Sequence record: PQ182779.1
Reading direction: 5' to 3' (one strand)
DNA: 64,000 bases
Part shown: positions 9,214-18,610 of the stretch, in pieces
Numbering within the stretch: the stretch's first letter is position 1
Layout of the letters: the number at the start of each line of letters is the position of its first letter
Position numbers and translations under genes: made by a program
The notes under the pieces: generated by a model
The model's input: the letters and a program-made list of their open reading frames with translations, nothing else
The model's database searches: none
Told to the model about the DNA's origin: nothing

Positions 9214-11397
9214 GTGAGTAATTCCTATAGAGACCTATACCTAGAGAAAAGAATCTACGAGATTCGATTATCACCTGTGAGGGCTAAGACATTGGATCTA
9301 CGTATCACGCAATATAGCCACTACTTTTCCGTTTTTGCCTATACCGCCAAAGGCCGACAATTCCGTCGACAATTCACTGAGCACTTTATTGAGAAAAACT
9401 TAGTGAAGAAACGTGGGCGATTCCGAATGGAACCTACCAAGGTTTACGCACGCCGAGACCTTGAAACGGAAGAGACGTGTTTCCACATCAACACACTGGA
9501 ACGCTTTAAACAGGAAGCGGAAAAATACCAATGGAATGGCTGCACGTTTGAAATCGATGTTGTCCCGATGTACGAACCGGTGAAGTTTGAGTTTGAGATG
9601 GACTTCACGCCGTGGGATAACCAGGTGCCGATTATTGAATTCGGTTCGGGTCCCGGTATCCAGAAAGCGATCACCGCAGAGCCTGGGTTCGGTAAGGCTC
9701 AGACGCTTTCTTCTAAGATCAGAGTCCCTGACGGTTGGTTAACCATGGGCGAGATGAAAGTCGGGCAACAGGTCGTGACACCTAAGAGGCGCCTCGCTTC
9801 TGTCATAGGGGTCTTCCCGCAGGGCGTGACTGACGTCTGGCGTATCCACTTTGCTGATGGGCGGTATACCGATGTTAACCCGGAACATCTCTGGTCAGTA
9901 CGAGAAAACGAGGAACAACAAGATAAAGTTATCACGACCCGCGAAATAAAAGACCGGCTAGGGGAAAGTTCTTTCTCTGTGCCGCTCATTCTCGGTCAGA
10001 CTTTACCTGCCGACTTCCGAATGGTAACAGAGACCTCGCAGGACGAAATGGAGTTTACGGTTAGTTTAGGGGGCCTTGAATTGTTGGAGGCAATACAATA
10101 TACCGCACGGGCTTATGGTGGCCTTGCCTACTTAGATGAGGCAAGGGACACATTACGTGTCGATTTCACCCAAGAGCGGTTAGCTATTACTTCAATCGAA
10201 GAACGCGAGCCTGAGGCCACTCAGTGCATCATGATTGATGACCCTGAACATCTCTACATCACCGATGACTATATCGTGACCCATAACACGGCTTGTTCAT
10301 TGGCGATGGCAAAGAATAACGGAACCCGTTTTGCGGTGGTAACACTCGGCGGCTACGAGGATCGATGGATACCGGAGTTTTACGCTAAACTCAATCTCAA
10401 GCCGGAAGAGGTTCGTTCGTGCTGCGGTTGTGTAAAGCTCTATCGTTTATTACGGGAAGCGAAGACTACCGGTATTGATAATGTTAAGGCGATTTTCATT
10501 TCCACAGCCACGTTGAGGGACTTTTACAAGAACTGGAATAATGGGAGAGTGGTTGGGACTGATTGCGAAGATATCAATCCGAGAGATCTCTGGGAGTTTC
10601 TGGGGATAGGTCTGGTTATCATTGATGAAGCGCATAAAGAGATCCATGCGAACTTTGTCTCTGATCTCTATTCGCATGTTCCGAAAAAGATCTACTTGAC
10701 CGCTACGTTATTGGCTAAGATGGATTTTCAACTTTTCATCTACGAAACCTTCTTACCGAAAAAACTGCGGCGAAATGGCGGGCAACCAAGTAGGTATATC
10801 GATCTGGTGAAAGTCCAGTATAATCTGAAGGATTGGCAGAAAGCGAAAGTCGTCGGAGGTCAAGGGTCGTACAGTCATACGACGTACGAAGCCTGGATCA
10901 TGGCAGACAGGCAACGAGAGCAACGGTGGCAAGAATCGCTTTTTGACTACACCAAGGATAACTGGTTAGAGAAGAGGAAAAGGGAACATAAGCTGTTAAT
11001 CTTCTCGGCGACTATTGAGATGTGCCAGCGCCTGGCCACGTTCTTCAGGAAACGTCTCCCGGAACTGGTAATCAACTCCTTTACATCAGGAGACGATTAT
11101 CAATTGTTACTGGATTCGGATATCATTTTCAGTACGATTGGTAAATCCGGTACCGCGGTGGATATCCCTAACTTGACGCAAGCCTATCTGACCGTTGCGA
11201 TTGACTCACCGAACGCGAACGTTCAGGCGTTAGGACGTTTACGTGAACTCAAAGGGGAGAAGAAATTCCCACAGAGTTATCATTGCTTTGTTTGCATGAA
11301 CATTGATAAACATCTCGACTACTGGCGGAGTAAAGAGGTACTCTTCCGGGGAAGGGTATTGAGCACACGTACCGCACACTTGAATCAGATCATCTAA
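9214..11397 (+). CDS. SF2 (UvsW/DEAH-like) helicase, phiKZ gp75-like, intein-containing
   Basis: Walker A AEPGFGK/T split by an intein, Walker B IIDEAH, motif III LTATL, motif VI QALGRLR; exact start codon uncertain. Confidence 0.9.
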   Translation: MSNSYRDLYLEKRIYEIRLSPVRAKTLDLRITQYSHYFSVFAYTAKGRQFRRQFTEHFIEKNLVKKRGRFRMEPTKVYARRDLETEETCFHINTLERFKQEAEKYQWNGCTFEIDVVPMYEPVKFEFEMDFTPWDNQVPIIEFGSGPGIQKAITAEPGFGKAQTLSSKIRVPDGWLTMGEMKVGQQVVTPKRRLASVIGVFPQGVTDVWRIHFADGRYTDVNPEHLWSVRENEEQQDKVITTREIKDRLGESSFSVPLILGQTLPADFRMVTETSQDEMEFTVSLGGLELLEAIQYTARAYGGLAYLDEARDTLRVDFTQERLAITSIEEREPEATQCIMIDDPEHLYITDDYIVTHNTACSLAMAKNNGTRFAVVTLGGYEDRWIPEFYAKLNLKPEEVRSCCGCVKLYRLLREAKTTGIDNVKAIFISTATLRDFYKNWNNGRVVGTDCEDINPRDLWEFLGIGLVIIDEAHKEIHANFVSDLYSHVPKKIYLTATLLAKMDFQLFIYETFLPKKLRRNGGQPSRYIDLVKVQYNLKDWQKAKVVGGQGSYSHTTYEAWIMADRQREQRWQESLFDYTKDNWLEKRKREHKLLIFSATIEMCQRLATFFRKRLPELVINSFTSGDDYQLLLDSDIIFSTIGKSGTAVDIPNLTQAYLTVAIDSPNANVQALGRLRELKGEKKFPQSYHCFVCMNIDKHLDYWRSKEVLFRGRVLSTRTAHLNQII
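9697..10287 (+). mobile_element. Class-3 mini-intein (197 aa) in the helicase Walker A motif
   Basis: Begins AQTLSSKIRVPDGW, block B PEHLW, block F QCIMID, ends THN followed by Thr+1; removal restores GFGKT; no intact LAGLIDADG pair. Confidence 0.9.
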
Positions 11398-11410
11398 GTA
11401 AAACACATCG

Positions 11411-11439
11411 ACTGAGAGAGGTTTTGCCTCTCTCAGTCG
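11411..11439 (+). terminator. Terminator-like hairpin after the helicase
   Basis: GACTGAGAGAGG-TTTTG-CCTCTCTCAGTC. Confidence 0.7.
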
Positions 11440-11512
11440 TGCGCCTGTGTAATTATTTTGTTATCGTTAAAATAGTAAGAAGTTAATTAACCAGTGAAGT
11501 TGGTTTAAAACA

Positions 11513-11520
11513 TATATTAC
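11513..11520 (+). promoter_or_regulatory. Early promoter motif TATATTAC
   Basis: Exact match to the phiKZ early consensus in AT-rich DNA ~55 nt upstream of the GNAT gene. Confidence 0.65.
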
Positions 11521-11574
11521 CTTAATAGAGCTAACAGGAAGCTCTGTAAGCGATTTCATTTTCAGGGGAATAAA

Positions 11575-12057
11575 ATGACTCGTCCAAAACTAATAAAAAG
11601 CGTAGAGACTATCACGGAACGTTTTAAAGAGGATTTCGTACAAATTAACGACAGCAGTGAGATTTATCGTTTGTGTCTGGAGCACGAACTCTATTTGTAC
11701 AAAGGGAAAATGTTAGAGGCGCTCTACGACCAACGGCAAGGAGAGATTCCATGCCGAGCGATTTTCTACCGGGGAGACGCTGTTGTGGTATTAATACCGG
11801 GGGAGCGAGGGAACAAACGAGTCTGGGAAGGAATGCTTTACGTGAGGTCTGGTTATCGGGGAACCGGCTTAGCAGTAGAATTGGTAAAAGCGATTATGCC
11901 AGAGGCAGAGGATAAAGAAGTCTATTGGCATCCATGGGACTTGCAAAGCTGCGGCTTCTTTACGAAATTAAAACGAGAAGGAATTTTAAACGAGACGCAC
12001 TTCGACGACAAGGCGCGGGCCATGTTCAAAGCCGCCAACCTGGTTCGCCGCTGCTGA
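11575..12057 (+). CDS. GNAT-family acetyltransferase-like protein
   Basis: Motif A LYVRSGYRGTGLAVELVKA; RBS AGGGGA. Confidence 0.7.
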   Translation: MTRPKLIKSVETITERFKEDFVQINDSSEIYRLCLEHELYLYKGKMLEALYDQRQGEIPCRAIFYRGDAVVVLIPGERGNKRVWEGMLYVRSGYRGTGLAVELVKAIMPEAEDKEVYWHPWDLQSCGFFTKLKREGILNETHFDDKARAMFKAANLVRRC

Positions 12058-12509
12058 TCGCCCCGCCGCCTATTCACATATACCGAACGGCAATCTCTCT
12101 CCTGACGGAAGGAGGGAGAGTTTTATTTCTTTCTATCGAAAGATTCTTTAGTATCGTTAATTCAAGGATTAAATAAACTAAGAAATAAATATTCCTAATC
12201 TATTCTCTCTAACGTTCGAATAGAGGAAATTAAAATTTTACTACTTTTATTATTATGAACAAAATTGAAACCGGCAAGAAGAGAGGAGTGAAGGGAACGA
12301 GAGCGAGAGTAGTGTAGTAGACTCACACTCGTAGAGGGGGAGGATACGGAACGGAGCGAGATCGAGTAGACTGAACGACATCCTTGCCGGTTACTGGGGT
12401 TGACCTATTCTTTTAGAGTAATCATTTTTTAAATACTATTTGATTAAATATTTACCGGAGTCCGTGAGGGACTTCGTTTTATGCTCTTAAAATACCAAAA
12501 GGAGGAGAA

Positions 12510-13190
12510 ATGACCGAAGCTCAGTTGTACGTACAAGATTGCTTAAAAACGTTGATTACATTATTTCATCTGACAGGACCGAAATACGAAACCGTAGACG
12601 AGAGTCGATTCATTCTCAGTAACGGGTGCTGTTATCAGGTTCGACAAGCGCTGAGTGTCGCGCTCCTGAAGAAAGGCTATAGCGCCGTCTGGAATGACCA
12701 CGGCTGGCACGCCTGGATTGAGGTCGATGGGAAAGCCTTCGATTCGCTCCAACCCCTGGGCTATAGTACCAGTGTCAGCGAGTATTGGTTGGTCGGTGAG
12801 ATGTTCCCGAATATGGATGTGGAACACGATGGTTCAGGGCACGTAGTGGATTGGGATAAAGTGGCACTCTCTCCCTACGCTCGTTTAACTGTAGCACTCA
12901 AAGCGTTTGTGCGGTACTACGGGTTGGCGGTAGAACCTCAAAGACGAAAAGCAAATCGTTACAAGCTCCGGCGGTTTCAAAGGCGTTTAGAAAAGAGACA
13001 GAAGGCAGGTACCGATGTCGTCGTGACGACCTATCCGATCTCCAGTCCGAACGCGTACTTTACTGACTCGATTGAACCTGTGGATAATGGTCGGGTATTG
13101 TTACCGTATCCGTATCGATTGAGTCATCGGTTTTGGATGTCACGGGTAAAAGACCTGAAGAAAAGAAATCTCCCTATTTGGCAACGTTAA
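12510..13190 (+). CDS. Hypothetical protein with transglutaminase/papain-like Cys-His-Asp signature
   Basis: Strong RBS AGGAGGAG; SNGCC...HAWIEVDGKAFDS pattern. Confidence 0.55.
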   Translation: MTEAQLYVQDCLKTLITLFHLTGPKYETVDESRFILSNGCCYQVRQALSVALLKKGYSAVWNDHGWHAWIEVDGKAFDSLQPLGYSTSVSEYWLVGEMFPNMDVEHDGSGHVVDWDKVALSPYARLTVALKAFVRYYGLAVEPQRRKANRYKLRRFQRRLEKRQKAGTDVVVTTYPISSPNAYFTDSIEPVDNGRVLLPYPYRLSHRFWMSRVKDLKKRNLPIWQR

Positions 13191-13292
13191 CCATTTTCTT
13201 TGTTTAGAGGTATCTTTGGTCGGGTTTGAAGAGAAAACCGCTGAGGATGGATTCTGTGAAGCATTTAACGATAATGAGAACAGGAGAAGAAA

Positions 13293-13736
13293 GTGGGTAT
13301 TTTATATTTGCGGAAAGGGGATTTGTTTGAGGAAGAGGCTGAGGTCGTAAAGGTCGTAACCGTAAATTGCGTAGGGGCAATGGGTGCTGGAGTTGCCTTG
13401 ACATGCAAGCAACGCTACCCTGAGGTCTACGCGCGGTATAGAGCGCAGTGCGATAAAGCCCAATGGAAACCAGGGAACGTCTGGTATACGGAAGCGAACG
13501 ACGGGACGCGACTGCTACTGGCGGCGACTAAAGACCATTGGCGTTACCCCTCTCGGTACCTGTGGGTAGAAGCCTGTTTAAAACGGATCGCGGTCTTTGT
13601 AGAACGGGAACAGGTCAACACGCTTGCATTAACGCATTTGGGCTGTGGTAACGGTAAGTTAGATCCGGTCATCGTGAGGAGGATGACAGACGATGAATTG
13701 GGTGCAGCCTTAGTTGATGTTCATTTGTATTTTTAA
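13293..13736 (+). CDS. Stand-alone macrodomain protein (Poa1p/DarG-like ADP-ribose hydrolase)
   Basis: VTVNCVGAMGAGVA and HLGCGNGKLD macrodomain motifs; GTG start with AGGAG RBS. Confidence 0.85.
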   Translation: MGILYLRKGDLFEEEAEVVKVVTVNCVGAMGAGVALTCKQRYPEVYARYRAQCDKAQWKPGNVWYTEANDGTRLLLAATKDHWRYPSRYLWVEACLKRIAVFVEREQVNTLALTHLGCGNGKLDPVIVRRMTDDELGAALVDVHLYF

Positions 13737-13745
13737 GGACGAAGG

Positions 13746-14111
13746 ATGAAAGTCACGATCGATATTACCGCTAACCAAACTCGACCGATGTCAGGGTTCC
13801 TGAATGCGCCTCTGAGCATCGATCAGTTAGTTTTAGATAAGTACTACCTTATTGCAGTGAAAACGCCCTCAGAGATTCCTGAGGGTTATTTAACGACCGC
13901 TAATGACTTCTTCGAAGAAAAGCGGTTGATCGAAGAATGGAAACGACGGAATAATGTTGTTTATCAATCGGGACACCTTAAACATATCCGATTAGTTAAA
14001 ATCATCGGGTACAGTGATCAGGGTTTTCCGATCGGATTGCTCAGCGAAGGGAAAAGTCAACCCTTAGCTACTATCCCTGACGAATACTTCAACAGACTCA
14101 TTAAACACTAA
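13746..14111 (+). CDS. Hypothetical protein
   Basis: 121 aa, RBS AAGGA, operonic spacing. Confidence 0.7.
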   Translation: MKVTIDITANQTRPMSGFLNAPLSIDQLVLDKYYLIAVKTPSEIPEGYLTTANDFFEEKRLIEEWKRRNNVVYQSGHLKHIRLVKIIGYSDQGFPIGLLSEGKSQPLATIPDEYFNRLIKH

Positions 14112-14123
14112 AAGGAAAATAAC

Positions 14124-14369
14124 ATGTCACTGAAAGCCATTGAGAAAGAACTCCAGTCCATTGCACAGTTTGATGAGCAGAGTTGTAAACTCTATCGTAC
14201 CCGTATCAAAGAAGCCTTACGGGAGAGCAGAATGTTACCAGTTGGGTTACGGGCAGCGTCTGTCGTTAACCGTACGTTCCTGCGTATGATTGGTCAATCC
14301 AGTATGCGGGACTTAACCGAGAAAGGGGTCTTGGTTAATCTCCGTGCGATGGAAAAGGAATTAGTTTAA
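14124..14369 (+). CDS. Hypothetical protein
   Basis: 81 aa, RBS AAGGA. Confidence 0.7.
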   Translation: MSLKAIEKELQSIAQFDEQSCKLYRTRIKEALRESRMLPVGLRAASVVNRTFLRMIGQSSMRDLTEKGVLVNLRAMEKELV

Positions 14370-14705
14370 TCTTTTTCCACGTATTTTCTTTATATGTGAA
14401 TCAAAGGTCGTTTTACTGGTCACTTTGAGGGTAGTGGTAAAAATAAAGTTTTGGGGGAAAGGGGGTGGTTTTAAATAATGCACCAATCCGAAACAGTTAG
14501 CTATTACGTACTGCAGGTACCTTCCTTAGAGAGAGTGAACACAGTGAGCTCTCGGTTAAGGTAAAGAGGTACCGTAAGGGAGTAATGCTCCTTCAAGTAA
14601 TCTGATTGAAATGAAGATTACGCTGGTAGTTAACGATACGAACAATTGACCTGGAGAGAGAGTATAAGACTCTCCTCTGGGATTATGTCTCTTGAGGAGG
14701 AAAAG

Positions 14706-15380
14706 ATGAAGAAATCGTTGAGCATTGAGGAGTTAGTGAAATGGACCAATACACAGACTGACCTATTAACTTTAACAAAGACTATTGTTGAACGATTGGA
14801 ATTTCAGCATAAGCTGGGTCATGCTAACCCTGAGATAGATAAGATGCTTGCGGAAACAAAAGCGATCTTAGCAGAGATCAAAAAGCTGAATATTGGCGTG
14901 GGGTTTTTATCCGGTATCCCACAAAAGAAATTAGCGGAGATGTACGAACTCTCTTCGGCCAGGATTTCTCAGATTATTAAAGAGTTAAAAGGCCCTAACA
15001 TTATCGATTCTGAGCACAAAGAGATAGAATTCATTCTGACTGAACTCCCTTGTTATTCAGCCGGAAATTGGCAGATGGCTATCGTTCCCCCAGAAAACTA
15101 TAAGGCTCTGGGAGGTTTTCATACGGATGATCAAGACTTCTTAGTCGAAAGGGGTTTAAAGGAGTTTCAAAATATTCCGTTTGAGGCATTTGGTTTCAGG
15201 GAAACTCACCGTCTACAACAGAGCGACCTTTTCCGTGATAACATCCAGATTATCAGGGATGCAGCAGAAAGGTTGTTCTCGGACGAGAAAGACCCTACAG
15301 AGAGCGTCGTGATTAAAGGTGATTTTGCTCACAACACTCAAAGATGGATGTTTTATGTTTCATTGAAGGAAACAGAGTGA
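14706..15380 (+). CDS. HTH (sigma-70 region 4-like) DNA-binding protein
   Basis: Likely start at ATG 14706 behind GAGGAGG; IPQKKLAEMYELSSARISQIIKEL helix-turn-helix. Confidence 0.65.
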   Translation: MKKSLSIEELVKWTNTQTDLLTLTKTIVERLEFQHKLGHANPEIDKMLAETKAILAEIKKLNIGVGFLSGIPQKKLAEMYELSSARISQIIKELKGPNIIDSEHKEIEFILTELPCYSAGNWQMAIVPPENYKALGGFHTDDQDFLVERGLKEFQNIPFEAFGFRETHRLQQSDLFRDNIQIIRDAAERLFSDEKDPTESVVIKGDFAHNTQRWMFYVSLKETE

Positions 15381-15475
15381 TCAAACGCCACTAAAAGTCC
15401 ATTAGCGCTAATAACTCAGTAGTTATAACGCCAAGGACATTTTTTCAACGAAAAAAAATATTAGAGTAAAGACAA

Positions 15476-15826
15476 ATGACTAAAGTAAGAACGAAAGATA
15501 TCACTCTGGGGACACCCGCAGGTAACTTTGACTTCTACAACCCGAGTACGTTAGAAGAACTCGTTCCAGGAGACAATGTTATTTACATCAACAAAAAAGA
15601 AGGCGATGGTTTCATGATGATCCCCTTCCAAACGTTAAACGAGGAGACTTTTGAACATTGCATTAAAGCCGTCGTTTACAACGAGTACGGTGTTTCAGCC
15701 GTCTTTTACAAGGTCATTGATAACAGTAACGGGGTAATGGTTCTTCAGCCGTACTTTGAACGAGACGGTACTGAGTTAGTCATTAACCGTTACGGTAGCG
15801 TAGAGAAGTCTACGGCAATCAATTGA
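15476..15826 (+). CDS. Hypothetical protein
   Basis: 116 aa co-oriented ORF. Confidence 0.65.
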   Translation: MTKVRTKDITLGTPAGNFDFYNPSTLEELVPGDNVIYINKKEGDGFMMIPFQTLNEETFEHCIKAVVYNEYGVSAVFYKVIDNSNGVMVLQPYFERDGTELVINRYGSVEKSTAIN

Positions 15827-15851
15827 ATTTTGAAGGGCAAAGGGAAAATAA

Positions 15852-16193
15852 ATGACCAAAGAACCTTATTTGGAATTTAACCGATTAACTCAGGAGGATC
15901 ATTACACTGCTCGTTTTGAGTTAATCGTGAATCGGCTTCAAAAGGATCTCTTACGTTTAAAGAAAGAAGACCCTCAGGACATCGACCAGTATACACGCTT
16001 TATTCAAGAATCTGAAAAAGCCGAAGGATTACGCCTCTTTATCGATTGGCTACGGAAAAGTAAAGAGGGCTGGCAGGATGACAGTATCATCCTGTACCAT
16101 TCGCTGGACAGAGCCACTTTTAACGCCCGGTGGGCAAAAGGAGTGTTAGAATTTATTAGACGCTACCGAGAATTTGATATACGGGAAAAATAA
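15852..16193 (+). CDS. Hypothetical protein
   Basis: 113 aa, RBS AAGGGA. Confidence 0.7.
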   Translation: MTKEPYLEFNRLTQEDHYTARFELIVNRLQKDLLRLKKEDPQDIDQYTRFIQESEKAEGLRLFIDWLRKSKEGWQDDSIILYHSLDRATFNARWAKGVLEFIRRYREFDIREK

Positions 16194-16237
16194 AAAATAC
16201 CCCTCGATAAAATTCATTACTTAACGGAGGAATTGAA

Positions 16238-16585
16238 ATGTACGGAATCAATCGATACAAAAAGGGTTACGTCGTGATGTACAATAAATATCAGTTGTCG
16301 ATTAACGACCTGCCCATGGACAGAAAGGTCACGAGCTACGACGACGAATACCGTTATACGCATGAAACTGATCAATTTGGTTGTCGGACTTTCTCGGTGT
16401 ATGAGACCGCAGAAGACGCTCAGCGCCACGCTGACGCTTTAAACGAGAAAGAACAGGAATTACTGGCCAAAGAAAGGGGACGTCTCTTAGAGCGTAATGG
16501 ATCGCTGAGTAGTGCATTTAAACCCGTTGTCTTAGGGATTTTCATCGGTACGCTTTTTGGTATTGCTTTAGGGTTATTGGTTTAA
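16238..16585 (+). CDS. Hypothetical protein with C-terminal membrane anchor
   Basis: RBS GGAGG; hydrophobic tail VVLGIFIGTLFGIALGLLV. Confidence 0.75.
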   Translation: MYGINRYKKGYVVMYNKYQLSINDLPMDRKVTSYDDEYRYTHETDQFGCRTFSVYETAEDAQRHADALNEKEQELLAKERGRLLERNGSLSSAFKPVVLGIFIGTLFGIALGLLV

Positions 16586-16597
16586 AGAGGGGACGAC

Positions 16598-17236
16598 ATG
16601 AGTCGAGTGTTGAATACAACTTTTCGGTACACGGATAAGAAACAATCGATTATCGGTGAAGTAGGTAAACACGGGGAGTTGGTAAAAGCCACTATCTTCT
16701 TTGGTGAGCGCGCAATTGTGAGCTTAACCTGCGATATGCACAAAGTACGTGACTTCGACGGGTTAATGGCGATTAATACCCAAGGGGAGTTGTCGCAACT
16801 GATCGGGATTTATTTCCACGGGAACTTATACCCCTATAGCTGGAAGACCTTAGCGGACGATATCGTCAAGTTGATTCACAAAGGAGTTGAGAAAGGGCGA
16901 AGTGCGAGAGTTATTTTCTCCTCGTTAAAGTACGTTGACGCGTTACCCGAAAAAGGAATAGAAGTTCCTTACTTGTTGGGCGGCAAGACAAAGGTGTTTC
17001 GCGTTAATTATTTCGGAAGTGCTTTTGTTGACGGGGAATTGGCGAATAAAGCCTTAGGGACAGATCGGCGTTTTATTGAAAAACAAGGTAGAGTAATAGC
17101 CAACCAATTGGGTAAAGGCGAGGGTTTTGTGAAGTTTGTTTCAGGGAAAGGAAACGCCATGATTGGTGACAAGAAGACAAAGGCACAGTTAGTCAGTAAA
17201 GCAGAGAATCATCCTGTTTTAGTTCCCATTAATTAA
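16598..17236 (+). CDS. Hypothetical protein
   Basis: 212 aa, RBS GAGGGG. Confidence 0.7.
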   Translation: MSRVLNTTFRYTDKKQSIIGEVGKHGELVKATIFFGERAIVSLTCDMHKVRDFDGLMAINTQGELSQLIGIYFHGNLYPYSWKTLADDIVKLIHKGVEKGRSARVIFSSLKYVDALPEKGIEVPYLLGGKTKVFRVNYFGSAFVDGELANKALGTDRRFIEKQGRVIANQLGKGEGFVKFVSGKGNAMIGDKKTKAQLVSKAENHPVLVPIN

Positions 17237-17262
17237 ATCCATTTTGTTCAAGGAGACAGTCA

Positions 17263-18531
17263 ATGTCCTTACATGCTTTCCGCGAAGAATCAGTAGAACT
17301 TCTAGCACCTTGGGAAGAAGCAGTCGAAGAAGAAACTAATGCTGAATTATCTTCTCGTACTGCGATTTTTCATGAGCTATTATTGAATTACCCACCGCTT
17401 AATGAAGCATCTCGCGCTAAAAAGTACGAAGAAATTAAAGAATTCCACCGCCTGATTTTTAAAGGACTTTACCCCACTGTAGAACGTATTAGCGAAAACT
17501 TAAATAATCAGGTATTACTAATGCGTTTCTTTCAACTACTTGAAAGGGAAGCGGTACGTATTTATACGTTCATTAACTACGAACGTCCTTTTGGTGACGC
17601 AGTCTTTCAATTTGAAATGGAAGTACTGAAACTTTTCTTGGACAAAATGAATCAGTACGGAATCTATACTGAACCATTTAGCCACAGGAGCTTCTTTATC
17701 TTTCGTGATGATAAAATTGTAGGTGCTTGCCAGATGGAAGATAATGGTAGCCAACAACAATTTTATTACGTTGGTGACTTTTCGATCGGGAAAATCCTCA
17801 AAGATATTTTCAACAGCTTCCAAAATAAAGAGAAGAATATTACTATTCGTCGGCTCTGTTTAACGGGTAACAATGATGTTCAAAGTCAGTATAAAACACT
17901 GAAACAACGGCGCACAGTTACCGATCCAAAAGCCTTTTGGCCCTTCGCACCCAAATCACCTCGTGAGATGGCAGCCGAGTTTGAAGCCAGTGACTCGAAC
18001 GTACTGATTCTGTACGGCGAGCCAGGGTTAGGTAAGAGCCAATATATCGCCGAGATGATCAAGTGGAAAGACGAGAACTCTTACGGTACCGTATTTGTTT
18101 GCGACGATAACCCGGTATTTAAATCCCCACGGTTTACACCTTACGTTCACGACATGCCAAGTAACAGCTGGTTAGTGACTGAAGACGCCCATGAAATGAT
18201 CGAAGCACGTGATATGGGTAACAGTCTGATGGCTGGGATACTGAATGCTGCCGAAGGGATCACTTCTGGTAACGTCAAATTCATTATCTCAACTAACATC
18301 ACGTCGTTAAAAGACGTTGATCATGCCCTGTATCGCCCAGGTCGTACTTTACGCGTCATCCCGTTCAAAGCGTTAACAGCCGATCAAGCCAATGCCGCTC
18401 GCGCTGCGATAGGACATCCTCCGATTGATTTCGGTAACGTGTCCAAACTCAGCTTAGCGGAAGCATTAAACTGGGAAGCGTATCAGGCGCTGCAAAGCGA
18501 GATCAAACAGGGCGGCTTTATCGGCCGTTAA
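17263..18531 (+). CDS. AAA+ ATPase (paralog 1)
   Basis: Walker A GEPGLGKS, Walker B-like WLVTED, sensor STN, DHALYRPGR arginine finger. Confidence 0.85.
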   Translation: MSLHAFREESVELLAPWEEAVEEETNAELSSRTAIFHELLLNYPPLNEASRAKKYEEIKEFHRLIFKGLYPTVERISENLNNQVLLMRFFQLLEREAVRIYTFINYERPFGDAVFQFEMEVLKLFLDKMNQYGIYTEPFSHRSFFIFRDDKIVGACQMEDNGSQQQFYYVGDFSIGKILKDIFNSFQNKEKNITIRRLCLTGNNDVQSQYKTLKQRRTVTDPKAFWPFAPKSPREMAAEFEASDSNVLILYGEPGLGKSQYIAEMIKWKDENSYGTVFVCDDNPVFKSPRFTPYVHDMPSNSWLVTEDAHEMIEARDMGNSLMAGILNAAEGITSGNVKFIISTNITSLKDVDHALYRPGRTLRVIPFKALTADQANAARAAIGHPPIDFGNVSKLSLAEALNWEAYQALQSEIKQGGFIGR

Positions 18532-18571
18532 CCGTAGGGGCGGGAATTCCCGCCCCATGTCTATTTACGTA

Positions 18572-18579
18572 TATATCAC
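18572..18579 (+). promoter_or_regulatory. Early promoter motif TATATCAC
   Basis: Follows a GC hairpin (18536-18556) and lies ~30 nt upstream of the RBS-supported ATG at 18611. Confidence 0.55.
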
Positions 18580-18610
18580 TTACGTAGATACCCTAAGGAG
18601 TCCAAATGAC

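Noticed and set aside
14646-14668. Sigma-70 promoter TTGACC...TATAAG
   Set aside because: Spacer is only 11 nt; the TTG is also the track's spurious start, while the RBS-supported start is 14706.
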